A stretch of DNA of 63,004 nucleotides, the filler included, from Piptocephalis cylindrospora (Eukaryota): the NCBI GenBank assembly GCA_003614145.1. It is 11 parts of 11 records of this genome, joined end to end, with 100 filler letters (N's around TTAATTAATTAA, not from the genome) between each part and the next. Parts side by side here need not be neighbours in the genome. Positions count along the whole stretch, not along the records: positions 11,686 to 17,387 come from KZ988365.1; positions 17,488 to 23,134 come from KZ988367.1; positions 23,235 to 28,850 come from KZ988368.1; 8 more parts are not named here. The stretch is one strand, 5' to 3'. Position 1 is the first letter of the stretch, and every line of letters starts with the position of its first letter. The notes under the pieces were generated by a model. That model ran no database searches. It was not told the DNA's origin and saw nothing but the letters and a program-made list of their open reading frames with translations. Of this stretch, positions 12,793-23,697 are shown piece by piece. Both the position numbers and the translations under genes were made by a program.

Positions 12793-13386
12793 ATGGAAGC
12801 CGTTCAAACCTTTGGTCGCAAGGTAAGTCACTCTTTTACCTTCCGATTTCCTTATCCCCTCCTCCCTTCACTCACCTCCTTGTCCTTTACATCAGAAAAC
12901 CGCCACCGCCGTCGCTCACTGCAAGCGCGGAAAGGGCCTCCTGAAGGTCAACGGTACCCCCGTCCACCTTCTCCAGCCCGAGATCCTTCGCTTTAAGGTC
13001 TACGAGCCCATCCTCATCCTCGGTGAGGACAAGTTCTCCGGTGTCGATATCCGCGTCCGCGTCAAGGGTGGTGGTCACACTTCCCAGATCTACGCCATCC
13101 GTCAGGCCATCGCCAAGGCCATCGTCGCCTTCTACCAGAAGTTCGTTGATGAGGCCTCCAAGAAGGAGATCAAGGACCTCCTCGTTTCCTACGACCGTAC
13201 CCTTCTCGTCGCCGATCCCCGTCGGTGCGAGCCCAAGAAGTTCGGTGGTCCCGGTGCCCGTGCTCGGTATGTCATCATTGTCATGATAGTGGTGGGAATG
13301 GGATGGGCATCTAAGGAGAAATGTGTATTTCTAATCACTTTCTCTTCCCTTCTTACCTTAATAGCTTCCAGAAGTCTTACCGTTAA
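12793..13386 (+). CDS. RPS16: 40S ribosomal protein S16 (uS9); exons 12793-12822, 12896-13267, 13365-13386
   Basis: [30 protein letters not shown]...[24 protein letters not shown]...[24 protein letters not shown]; strong codon bias. Confidence 0.97.
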
Positions 13387-13902
13387 ACACGGTGGGTGTC
13401 CCTTCCTCCCTGCCTTGGATGTGGCGGCGGCGGCGTGTGCTGTCCCTTTCGCGCTGGACCGGTCTTTATGTGTCTTTACTCTTTTCTTTACGCTCTTGCT
13501 CACCATGTGCATGAAGGAAGAGAGAGGAAGCATGGGGGGTATCCGTCCTCTAAGATCATTTCTCCTCCACATTGGATTGGTAGTTGACTATTATTTGTAT
13601 ACGTGTGTGATGAGCAGACGGATATGCTATTATTGCCTATTTCGCTAATGATCAATGGCATATGTCTGAATGGTGGAGCGAGATCATATGGGATGAAGAT
13701 GTGGGACGCGCGTTCAATTGTGTTATCGCTATTGGAATCACCCTCTCCCCGCTATAATCAGCACCTTCCGAGAAATGACAAGCTCGTTATTGTCTAATGT
13801 TCTCGAAATGGGTCACTAGAATCGGGACTATAGAGAGGGATAGTTGGTAGAGATGTCGATGAGTACCCAATCCCGGTTCCATTGCTCTCCTAGACACCAC
13901 AT

Positions 13903-14308
13903 TCACTCACCTGACATCAAAAGTGTAATGACAAGGATCCCAGAGAGGATTAGGCGCAATCGAGATCGATCATCCAGGACATACAGTTGTTTCTGCCCAT
14001 AGGGAGGATGGATGCGGGTAAGGAGAGGGCTGGGAGGGGAGAAGAGGGCATCTGTAGGGCTCTGGCCCGAGGATCCGGCGGCGACCCCGGGGGGAAGGGA
14101 GGTGATGGAGGCGTGTCGAGTCCTAGATGTGGGCGCGGCAGGGGAGGTTCTTGGACCTGTGCTTGAATCCAAGGGCTTAGTTGTCCTGGGTCTCGACTGC
14201 TGTGGATGGTGATGGTGCGGAAGAAAGGAGGCGGTGGAGGGCGGGGAGGTGGAGGAAGCTCCCGAGTGAGACCGAGCAGCTCGACCATTCACCTCTGAGA
14301 TTGACATA
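13903..14308 (-). CDS. Hypothetical Ser/Pro-rich protein, first exon ending in a hydrophobic segment; 3' exons unresolved
   Basis: ORF MSISEVNG...RLRLILSGILVITLLMS followed by GTGAGT donor; no recognisable domain. Confidence 0.35.
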
Positions 14309-15335
14309 CTGAGGAAACGGGATGAGAAAGTCAAAGGAAGGAGGAAAGGTAGTGTCGTTAAAGTGGTATTTACGTGGGCGGGGAAACCAAGGAGAGCGTT
14401 GAAGAGAAGAGAATGTGTGATCGACGGGGGTGTCAAGTCCGTCTTGCCTCTGCGGCTTTATACAGGTGATGGAGCTTGTTAATCAACCAGAGCGCTTAAC
14501 CTCAGATCAATGCTTTCAAATCAACAATAAGAACGTATGAAATAATGTTCCTTTTAAACACTTCCTCACCAAGTGGCTCTAAGATGGTCAGGGAGAGATC
14601 ATAGCATCATCTCGTTCCCGGGAAATCAGAGGTTGAGCGCCTCTTTTCTTATGTGTCCGGACAATCCTCTTATCCGTCTATGCTAAACCTCGCCCTTGGG
14701 ATCCTTAGCATCGATCTGAGGCATAAAAGCCAAGCGCCTATTCCCCACGTCACGGCACACGCCTTAGCAAAAAAAGGTCATATCCAAGCTCCGTGCCTTT
14801 ACACCCAGAAAATTCATATTCCAGTCAGTCTCCGCTTTCCCATCGGAGTTATAGACCCATCAACATACCACTTAGCGGACTTTTAACGGAGTTGAACGGA
14901 GTTGGCTTTGCCAAGGTAGTCCCTAATCGCCTGCTGTGCATATACATTCTTCATTGACTCCGCTCGTGCTTCCTCGTCTATTCTGTCCGGTATTACTCTA
15001 AGATGCAATATTCGTCCTCTTTCATTGCACTGCTATGCTCTTCTTGCTTCTTTCCTTCCTCCCATATCTCATTCTCATCCGCTCACCCTCATCCTCTTCC
15101 TTCCGATATCACTTTCCCCCCTTCATCTCATCTTCTCACCTGAAAGTGTCTTGATTTTGACAATCAAACGCTTTCCTTCCACTCTTTGCCGCCTCCTCCC
15201 TCAATCTCCCTTCCTCCCTCTCCCTTTCTTCTTCCTTCCCGTCCCCTCATTCGCGTTATCTCAACTCAACGACCTTAGATTAACGCACCCTTCCCTTCCT
15301 TTCTCCCTCTTTCACTATCATCTCTCTCCTCACCA

Positions 15336-17261
15336 ATGTCTACTACGCACGACCATCTTGAAGCCAACCAGGTCTGGCACGCTGATTGGAATGAGCCTGA
15401 TCGCCGGGATTCGGTGCGCTGGTCCGCCTCAAGTATCCCCCGATCCCCCTACATTGAATCGGTCTATGGCTGCGTGGACAGGAAGTACTCGGATGATCAG
15501 CTTTCCCAGGCCGAAATTATTGACGTTCAGCGAGCTACCCGTCAGCCCGTCCTACGTCGCCGTCGCTCCTCGGTTATTCCCCCTCCTCCCTCACCCTCGA
15601 TCCGTTCAGGGTATTGTCCAAGAAGACACTCCCTGCTCGATTCTATGGATGGGGACGCCTCCTCCATCACCTCCTTTCCTCACCTTCCCACCTCGGAGCA
15701 CGGGCCCAGTCCTCAGAGCAGTCTGTACCAAGTGTCTCTTGGGTCAGGCAATGCTGCAGATACCCATTCCCGTGGTGCTGCCCTCTCGGATGCCCAAGCC
15801 TATCATCCACAGGATGAGGCAGATCCCTCCACTTGGCCCCGCCCCACCTCGGGCCCCTATGCTCTGCGCAGCCGGGCTATCAGCACAGCCCCCGGCTCCT
15901 TTACCTCGGCATCATCCTCCGCCAACTCCTCCTACTCCTACACCCTGTCCACTCCCCCGGACACTACGGAGAGGAAGGCCTCCCATCTCACCTCCCTGAT
16001 CGATGCTATGCCCCAGCCTGGTTATCGATCTGTGTATGGTGGGGAGATCAGAGAGGAGGACGGAATTGATGCCTTATACCATCCAGCTGTTCTATCCGGT
16101 AGCGCCACCATGGACTTTTTAGACACCTCAATGGTCTCCAATAAGGCCATACCCGTCCAAATGGAGTATACCCAGGTCCATGCTGTTCCCGACCCTAGTC
16201 TTAGCAACAATGCGGTTCCCCCTCCCACTCTCTCTCGCAATGGCTGGGATGAGGAGGAGACCCGTGAACATGGACGGGATGCGCGCGCTAACACCTTCAG
16301 ATCTCAGCGAGAGGCTTCCTGGTATGCCACCTCCATTGGGCCAACCGAATCTTCCGCTTCCTCCATGACCTCACAGACATTTGGTTCCAGGAAGGGAAGA
16401 GATGAGCTTCCCATCCACACTACTCCCCGCACAAGTCCTTCCATCTCCATCTCCATCTCTTCCACCATCGCCCCCGTGTATCCTCAGGACATGCGCGTGA
16501 ACATGGCCCAGGATATGGAGCCAATCCACAACCTCTCTTCCTCATCAGCTACCTCGTGCCCACCTGGACCCTCTCCCTCGATCAACTTTTCCTCTCTCTC
16601 TAGCTACATGGCTTCCAAGGATCCCAAAGCCAAGGAGTCATCCGTCTCCCAGGCACAGCACCCTAAGTTCCTTGAGGGCCGTCGAAGTCTTCGTATGCAT
16701 CTGGGTGTCGCTCTCCTCATTGAATCGGTACTTTGCATTTCCCTCTCCACCATTGTCGCCACCATCTACTCTGAACTTCAATGGGTTGCCTATCTCCTTG
16801 TCGGCATTTTCGTCATCCTTCTATGTCCCATTCATGGTTTGAGGTACCGGGCCGACCTCTCCACTCTTCAGGCCCAGGTCCAGGTTGAAACTGCCTTCTC
16901 TCGCTCCGATCCCTCCTCCATCACCACCGTTAGTGACATTCCCCGGTCATACTCCCCCACCCATTCGTACATTTCCTCCATGTACACCCAGAACACCCAG
17001 GAAGTTAAACATCACAGTCATGACGAAGTGGACAGTGGATGCGAAGAAGTGGATATAGAAAAAGGTCATGGCCATCCTCGTCAGCGTCGCTCCTCCCTCG
17101 CCTCCTCCACGATTTCCTATAACACTGCGGGTCCGGAGGATGATCATGCCCGTAACTCCTTCCCTTCTTCCTTTCGTCGTAACACCGAGGCTGCCCTCGA
17201 TGCCATCCATGACCTATACCTTGCTCGCATCCCCCTCGCTGCGTCGAGCAAACCTGAGTGA
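15336..17261 (+). CDS. Hypothetical low-complexity Ser/Pro-rich protein with two C-terminal TM helices
   Basis: 641-aa intronless ORF; hydrophobic hairpin HLGVALLIESVLCISLSTIVATIY / WVAYLLVGIFVILLCPIHGL. Confidence 0.7.
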   Translation: MSTTHDHLEANQVWHADWNEPDRRDSVRWSASSIPRSPYIESVYGCVDRKYSDDQLSQAEIIDVQRATRQPVLRRRRSSVIPPPPSPSIRSGYCPRRHSLLDSMDGDASSITSFPHLPTSEHGPSPQSSLYQVSLGSGNAADTHSRGAALSDAQAYHPQDEADPSTWPRPTSGPYALRSRAISTAPGSFTSASSSANSSYSYTLSTPPDTTERKASHLTSLIDAMPQPGYRSVYGGEIREEDGIDALYHPAVLSGSATMDFLDTSMVSNKAIPVQMEYTQVHAVPDPSLSNNAVPPPTLSRNGWDEEETREHGRDARANTFRSQREASWYATSIGPTESSASSMTSQTFGSRKGRDELPIHTTPRTSPSISISISSTIAPVYPQDMRVNMAQDMEPIHNLSSSSATSCPPGPSPSINFSSLSSYMASKDPKAKESSVSQAQHPKFLEGRRSLRMHLGVALLIESVLCISLSTIVATIYSELQWVAYLLVGIFVILLCPIHGLRYRADLSTLQAQVQVETAFSRSDPSSITTVSDIPRSYSPTHSYISSMYTQNTQEVKHHSHDEVDSGCEEVDIEKGHGHPRQRRSSLASSTISYNTAGPEDDHARNSFPSSFRRNTEAALDAIHDLYLARIPLAASSKPE

Positions 17262-17487
17262 TTTTCTGTGCACGTGCTGCTGTTTGGTTGGGTTAAGGGT
17301 GATTCTGTTACCTCCCTCCTTGGCTGTATGGATCTTTCCACCATCCCCACCCAAATATATCTCGCCTTTTTTTTACTCATTTTCCCCNNNNNNNNNNNNN
17401 NNNNNNNNNNNNNNNNNNNNNNNNNNNNNNNTTAATTAATTAANNNNNNNNNNNNNNNNNNNNNNNNNNNNNNNNNNNNNNNNNNNN

Positions 17488-20400
17488 GTCGGTGGCCGCG
17501 GGGACCAGGGCAGACTCGGGGGACGGGGGAGAGGAGAAGGTGGTGGGATGGTGGCCATGGACCAGGAAGAAGGGGGAGAAACCGGTGGTGGAATTGGTGG
17601 CGTTGTTGTAGGAGAACTCCAGGAGGGGGAGGTGGTCAATCCAGTCAGACTGGTCGTAGGAGACCACGGAACGGAGCATTTCCTCGAGGGTCCGGTTGAG
17701 GCGTTCTGTCTGTCCGTCGGTCTGGGGATGATTGGCCGTGGACATGGAGAGCTTGGTGCCAGCGAGGGAGAAGAGGGATTTCCAGAAACGACTCGTGAAC
17801 TTGGGGTCTCGGTCGGAAACAATGGAGGACGGGAGACCATGGTGGCGGTACACATTCTTGAAGAAAAGCTTGGCGGTCGCGGGAGCATCGGCGGTACTTG
17901 ACGTTGGAACGAACATGGCTTGCTTGCTGAGACGATCCACGACAACGAGGAGGGCATCTTGACCGGAGGAAGTCGGAGGGAGGTGGGTGATGAAGTCCAT
18001 GGAGATGGACTCCCAAGGGCGGGAAGGGACGGAAAGGGGCTGGAGAAGGCCTTGAGTCCTCTGGTTGGAGGACTTGTTTCTTTGGCAGGCGTCGCAGGAC
18101 TTGACGTACCGGGTCGCATCGGAGTAGAGGCGCGGCCAGAAGTAGGAACGGTGGATGGAAAGGTAGGTCTTCTCGTTTCCGAGGTGACCAGAGGCGTCGT
18201 GGTGGTCGTGGAGGATGCGGGACCGTAGATCGGGGAGGCGAGGAACGCAGATCCTGGAATCTCGGAAGTAGAGGAGGCCATCTTGGAGGGAAAAGTTCTT
18301 GAGACGGGTCTTGAGGGACGAGGGGGGAGAGGCGGAGGGGTTGGAGAGGTACTTGGAAACCTCGCCAAAGTCGGGATCCTTGGGGTAAGCTTGGCGAAAT
18401 TCGTCGAGGAAGGAGGGTTGAAGGACAGAAACGGCGGCGAGCTTGAGGTCAGGGCGGCGGGACAGGGAGTCGGCGACGATGTTGGACTTTCCGGGCTTGT
18501 AGAGGATCTTGACGTCGTATTCCTGGAGGAGTTCGGACCAGCGGTGTAATGATGTCATCATTTCAGGGAAACTCCGACATGAGTTCCCACCTTTTTAATC
18601 TATCGTGGAACTCCGAAAACGGGGTCCGCCCCTTAATTTATCGAGGACGCGGGCCCCCGTCTTTAATCTATCGGGGACACGGGTCCTCGATAGATTAAAT
18701 CAGTCCTTTTTTCTCCTTTCTCCCTTTTCCCGTTTTTTCCCTATATAAGAAGGAGCTCTTTTTGTCCTCTTCCCCCAGACTTTGGAATACACACCCTTTC
18801 GCTAGCTTCTTCCCTGTTCCCTCCGGTCTCCTGTCCCTGTTATAAGCGGGCTTGGCGACGGGAGAGGTTGGGCTGGTCCTGGAAGTGCTGGAGGGTTCGA
18901 TGGTCCGTGTGGGCTTCAAAGGGCGTGCCATACAGATAGTGCCTCCAGGACTTGAGGGCGTGGATGAGGGCCAGGAGTTCTTGTTCGTGGACGGGGTAGT
19001 TCTTCTCGGCGGGGGTCATCTTGCGGGACTCGAAAGCAACAGGAAGCCAATGCTTCCCATCACCTTCCCTCTGGAGGAGGGCTGCCCCAATGGCAAAGTT
19101 GGAGGCGTCGGTCTCGATGCGGGTCGGGGCGTCGGGGTTGAAGACACGGAGGACGGGGGCGACGGTGAGGGCGGACTTGAGGGCCCGAAAGGCCTTGGAA
19201 GCGGAGTCGGACCAGGTAAAGGACTTGTCGTGGCACAGGAGGTCGGTGATGGGGGTGGCGATGCGGGCGTAGCCAGGGACGAAGCGACGGTAGTAGTTGG
19301 CCAGACCGATAAAGGAGCGAACATCCCTTACGGTCTTCGGGGCAGGCCACTCGGAAACGGCGCGCACCTTGGTGGGGTCGGTGGCGATACCCTCGGAGCA
19401 GATAACATGGCCCAGGTACTCGACGCGGTCTCGAAAGAACTCGCATTTTTTCCCACTTGGCGTAAAGCTGGTGCTGCCGAAGGATCTCGAGGACTTGACG
19501 GAGGTGGTCCTGGTGGTCCTGGGGCGTGCGGCTGTAGATGAGGATGTCGTCGAGGTAGACAATGACACACACGTCCAGGAGGGGCTTGAAGATGTCGTTG
19601 ACCAGGGCTTGGAAGGTGGCGGGGGCGTTGGTGAGCCCAAAGGAGAGGACGCGGAACTCATAGTGGCCGTACCGGGTGCGGAAGGCCGTCTTGGGGATGT
19701 CGTTCTCGGCAATACGGACTTGATGGTAGGCGGAGCGGAGGTCGATCTTGGAGAAGACGCGGGCGCCTCGGACTTGGTCGAAGAGGTCGTCGATCCGGGG
19801 GAGTGGGTACTTGTTCTTGATGGTGGCCTTGTTGAGGGCCCGGTAATCGACGCACATCCGGAGGGAACCATCCTTCTTCTTGACGAACAGGACCGGGGCA
19901 CCAAAGGGGGACTGACTTGGGGTGATGTATCCAGCATCGAGGAGCTCGTTGAGCTGGGTCTTGAGGATCTCTAATTCCGGGGGGGCGAGGCGGTAGGTAC
20001 CCTTGAACGGCGGGATGGTACCGGGTACGAGCTCGATCTTGTGGTCGACGGACCGGTGCGGGGGAAGTTCCTTGGGTAGCTCGGCGGGGAAAATGTCGGA
20101 GAACTTGACTTGTAGATCCTGGAGGAACGGGGCGTGCGGGGAGGAATCTTGGGAGAGGGAGGCGAGGGAGGTGGTGGAGGTGGAGGGGGAGTCGGTGGAG
20201 GTGGAGGAGGAGTCGGTGGGGGAGAGGAAGACGAGGAAGGCCTGGTTGTCTTCATCCTTTAGGAGCCGCTTGGCCTGGAGGGCCGAAACCAAGGAAGTGA
20301 CCTGGCCAGGAGAGGAGTCAGCTGTCCAGTGGATGCGGCGACCAGAGGAGGAGAAGTCGAGGGTGTTGTTGCGCCAGTCGATGGATGGGTTCACCTCGGC

Positions 20401-21721
20401 AAGCCAAGGTTTGCCCAGGATCACGTCGTGCTCGGTGGGGATGACCTGGAGATCCACCGTGGTACGGTATCCTCCAGGACCGGAGAGGACAGCTTGACGG
20501 ATCACACGGTCACAGACGTAGGGCCGACCATCAGCCACGCTGACCACCAAGGGAGGAGAGGAGGACGAGGAGGGGATACCACAGCGTTTGACCAAGGAGG
20601 CGGAGACAAAGTTGCCTTGGGCGCCACCGTCGATGAGGATGGTGATGGGGGAGTCCATGAGAGAGGCAGAGACACGCAACAAACGAAGAGACAAAGGGTA
20701 GGAGGAAGAAGAGGCTTCATTGTCACAACAGGTGGTCACATGAACAGAGGGGGCAGGGACCTGAGGGTGGTGGGGACAGGAGCAGGGGCAGGAGACGGAA
20801 GCAAGTGAGGAGGGGAAAGGAGGCTCGGAGGAAAGGGCGTTGAAGGACCTGGGACCGGGGGGTCTGCGACGGGAGGGACACTCACGGCTGAAGTGCCCAG
20901 GCTTCCGACAACGGAAACAACTTCCAGAACGACGAAGCTGATCGCGGTCACGGTCGGAGAGTCTCTCGAGGCGGACGGCGTCGATTTCCATGGGGACGGG
21001 ACCTTGGTGCTTGACGGGGTAGGAGGGGACCGGGACTTGACGACCAACTTGACGACCAGCTTGACGACTCCAGGCCAGGTTGGCATCTTGACGTTCGGCC
21101 AGGGACATGGCATCCTCGACGGTGGTCGGGCAGGCGGTGACAATGAGCTGGCGAAGCTCCGGCTTGAGGCCACGAATGAACCGGTCCAGCATTTCGTCGG
21201 TGGTAATGCCCGGGATCTCAAGGCAGATAGCTCGGAACTCTTGGACGTAGGCCTGGGCGGGACCAGACTGGGAGAGGGAGGCCAGACGGTCTCGGGCGTT
21301 CCTGGTGGCGTTGAAAGGGCGGAAGAGGCCGGTGAGAGCGTCGGAGAAGGAGGACCAGGAGGTGTACGGGACGTCGTGCCCCGCAGGGCAGGACGCGTGG
21401 GCATGTCTCCACCAGAGGCCAGCGGAGCCTTCGAGGTAGGCCCCGGCGACCTTGACCTTGGTGGCCTCGTCGGCAGCCAGGCAGAAGACGTACTGCTTGG
21501 CCTTGAAAAGCCACTCGTCGACCGTAAGGAACCCGGAGCCAGAGAACGGAGGAGGCTTGGGAAGGAAGGCCTGGGTCCGGTCGGGGACGGGAGGAGCAGA
21601 GGCAGAGGCTTGGGCGACGGAGGGGGCGGACTCGAGGGAGTGGAGCCGGGAACGGAGGCTCTGAATCTCGGCGATGAGATCCTGAGGGGAGGGGTTGTCC
21701 GCACAGTCCTGGAACTCCATG
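17488..21721 (-). mobile_element. Ty3/Gypsy LTR retrotransposon gag-pol (gag, CCHC, protease, RT, RNaseH, integrase); interrupted and 3'-truncated by contig end
   Basis: [14 protein letters not shown] knuckle; [11 protein letters not shown] protease; [26 protein letters not shown] and [17 protein letters not shown]aseH; HHCC plus MDF/SDRD/GQTE integrase; PR-RT-RH-IN order; frameshift at 19446-19451. Confidence 0.96.
18545..18844 (+). mobile_element. 300-bp LTR inserted antisense into pol with 5-bp target-site duplication AGCGG
   Basis: Starts TGTAA, ends TGTTATA (probable TTACA variant); AGCGG at 18540-18544 and 18845-18849; removing it restores ...LSRRQARWSELLQEYD...; TATA-like CTATATAAG near 18741. 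Confidence 0.9.
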
Positions 21722-21845
21722 GTAGGGGACGGGGAGGAGGACGGAGACAACGGAGGGGCTAAATGAGGCAGGGTGGGAGGTCAAAGTGACCGCTTGGCGA
21801 AGAGGACGGAAAGAAGAGAGGAGAAGTGGTGGTAGCGCCAGGGAG

Positions 21846-23134
21846 GGGGGAAGAGGACAAAAAGAGCTCCTTCTTATATAGGGAAAAAACGGGAAAAGGG
21901 AGAAAGGAGAAAAAAGGACTGATTTAATCTATCGAGGACCCGTGTCCCCGATAGATTAAAGACGGGGGCCCGCGTCCTCGATAAATTAAGGGGCGGACCC
22001 CGTTTTCGGAGTTCCACGATAGATTAAAAAGGTGGGAACTCATGTCGGAGTTTCCCTGAAATGATGACATCATTACACCGCTGGTCCGAACTCCTCCAGG
22101 AATACGACGTCAAGATCCTCTACAAGCCCGGAAAGTCCAACATCGTCGCCGACTCCCTGTCCCGCCGCCCTGACCTCAAGCTCGCCGCCGTTTCTGTCCT
22201 TCAACCCTCCTTCCTCGACGAATTTCGCCAAGCTTACCCCAAGGATCCCGACTTTGGCGAGGTTTCCAAGTACCTCTCCAACCCCTCCGCCTCTCCCCCC
22301 TCGTCCCTCAAGACCCGTCTCAAGAACTTTTCCCTCCAAGATGGCCTCCTCTACTTCCGAGATTCCAGGATCTGCGTTCCTCGCCTCCCCGATCTACGGT
22401 CCCGCATCCTCCACGACCACCACGACGCCTCTGGTCACCTCGGAAACGAGAAGACCTACCTTTCCATCCACCGTTCCTACTTCTGGCCGCGCCTCTACTC
22501 CGATGCGACCCGGTACGTCAAGTCCTGCGACGCCTGCCAAAGAAACAAGTCCTCCAACCAGAGGACTCAAGGCCTTCTCCAGCCCCTTTCCGTCCCTTCC
22601 CGCCCTTGGGAGTCCATCTCCATGGACTTCATCACCCACCTCCCTCCGACTTCCTCCGGTCAAGATGCCCTCCTCGTTGTCGTGGATCGTCTCAGCAAGC
22701 AAGCCATGTTCGTTCCAACGTCAAGTACCGCCGATGCTCCCGCGACCGCCAAGCTTTTCTTCAAGAATGTGTACCGCCACCATGGTCTCCCGTCCTCCAT
22801 TGTTTCCGACCGAGACCCCAAGTTCACGAGTCGTTTCTGGAAATCCCTCTTCTCCCTCGCTGGCACCAAGCTCTCCATGTCCACGGCCAATCATCCCCAG
22901 ACCGACGGACAGACAGAACGCCTCAACCGGACCCTCGAGGAAATGCTCCGTTCCGTGGTCTCCTACGACCAGTCTGACTGGATTGACCACCTCCCCCTCC
23001 TGGAGTTCTCCTACAACAACGCCACCAATTCCACCACCGGTTTCTCCCCCTTCTTCCTGGTCCATGGCCACCATCCCACCACCTTCTCCTCTCCCCCGTC
23101 CCCCGAGTCTGCCCTGGTCCCCGCGGCCACCGAC
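21846..23134 (+). repeat. 1289-bp inverted copy of 17488-18776 (partial LTR in element orientation upstream of gag, plus integrase fragment)
   Basis: ORF translations on both arms are identical; mirror coordinates sum to 40622; both arms stop at the same base at the contig ends. Confidence 0.95.
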
Positions 23135-23697
23135 NNNNNNNNNNNNNNNNNNNNNNNNNNNNNNNNNNNNNNNNNNNNTTAATTAATTAANNNNNNNNNN
23201 NNNNNNNNNNNNNNNNNNNNNNNNNNNNNNNNNNGTGGATCGTGGAAAAAGGATGGATGGAGGGGAAAGGGGGTGTGGAGCAGCAGCGGTTGGCGTGGTT
23301 AATTTCAGATGGGACGGCTTGAATGCGGCGAGCAGGTGGATGCGGATGATGTGAAGGAAAGAATGGAGAGCGGGAATGAGGAAGGGTTATCCCCAGAAAA
23401 GGCTGGACATTAGGAGGTTAGAGGAAAAGAGGGTGTGAGGCGGAGTTGAACTCTACGGATGGGCCGGGGCAAGGGAGGAATTAGTTTGTCACAGTGAACA
23501 TCGACAGTGTGCTTCATTAAGGAAGGATGGTGGATAGGGGGTTGTTCACAGTGTGAGGCTGACAATGCTTCAGAGGTGCCGTGGAGAGGGATGAGGAAGG
23601 ACACTATTATTATTAAAGGGGTATTAAGTAGGAGAGGGTATTCGGCGTATGTCCCCACACATCTCGCTTCCCCACTTTCCTTAGTAAAAATATCCTC

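Noticed and set aside
19440..19460. GGGAAAAAA as a programmed frameshift in RT
   Set aside because: The shift needed is +1 inside the RT domain and the heptamer is out of register for -1 slippage; an indel error or mutation is more likely.
18852..21762. Long antisense and alternate-frame ORFs over the retroelement
   Set aside because: Explained by C-rich third positions of gag-pol; low-complexity translations with no domains.
17488..23134. Terminal-inverted-repeat (DIRS- or foldback-like) novel element
   Set aside because: The arms contain DDE integrase coding sequence and end at the same base at both contig ends, as expected for a collapsed assembly path; no tyrosine recombinase.
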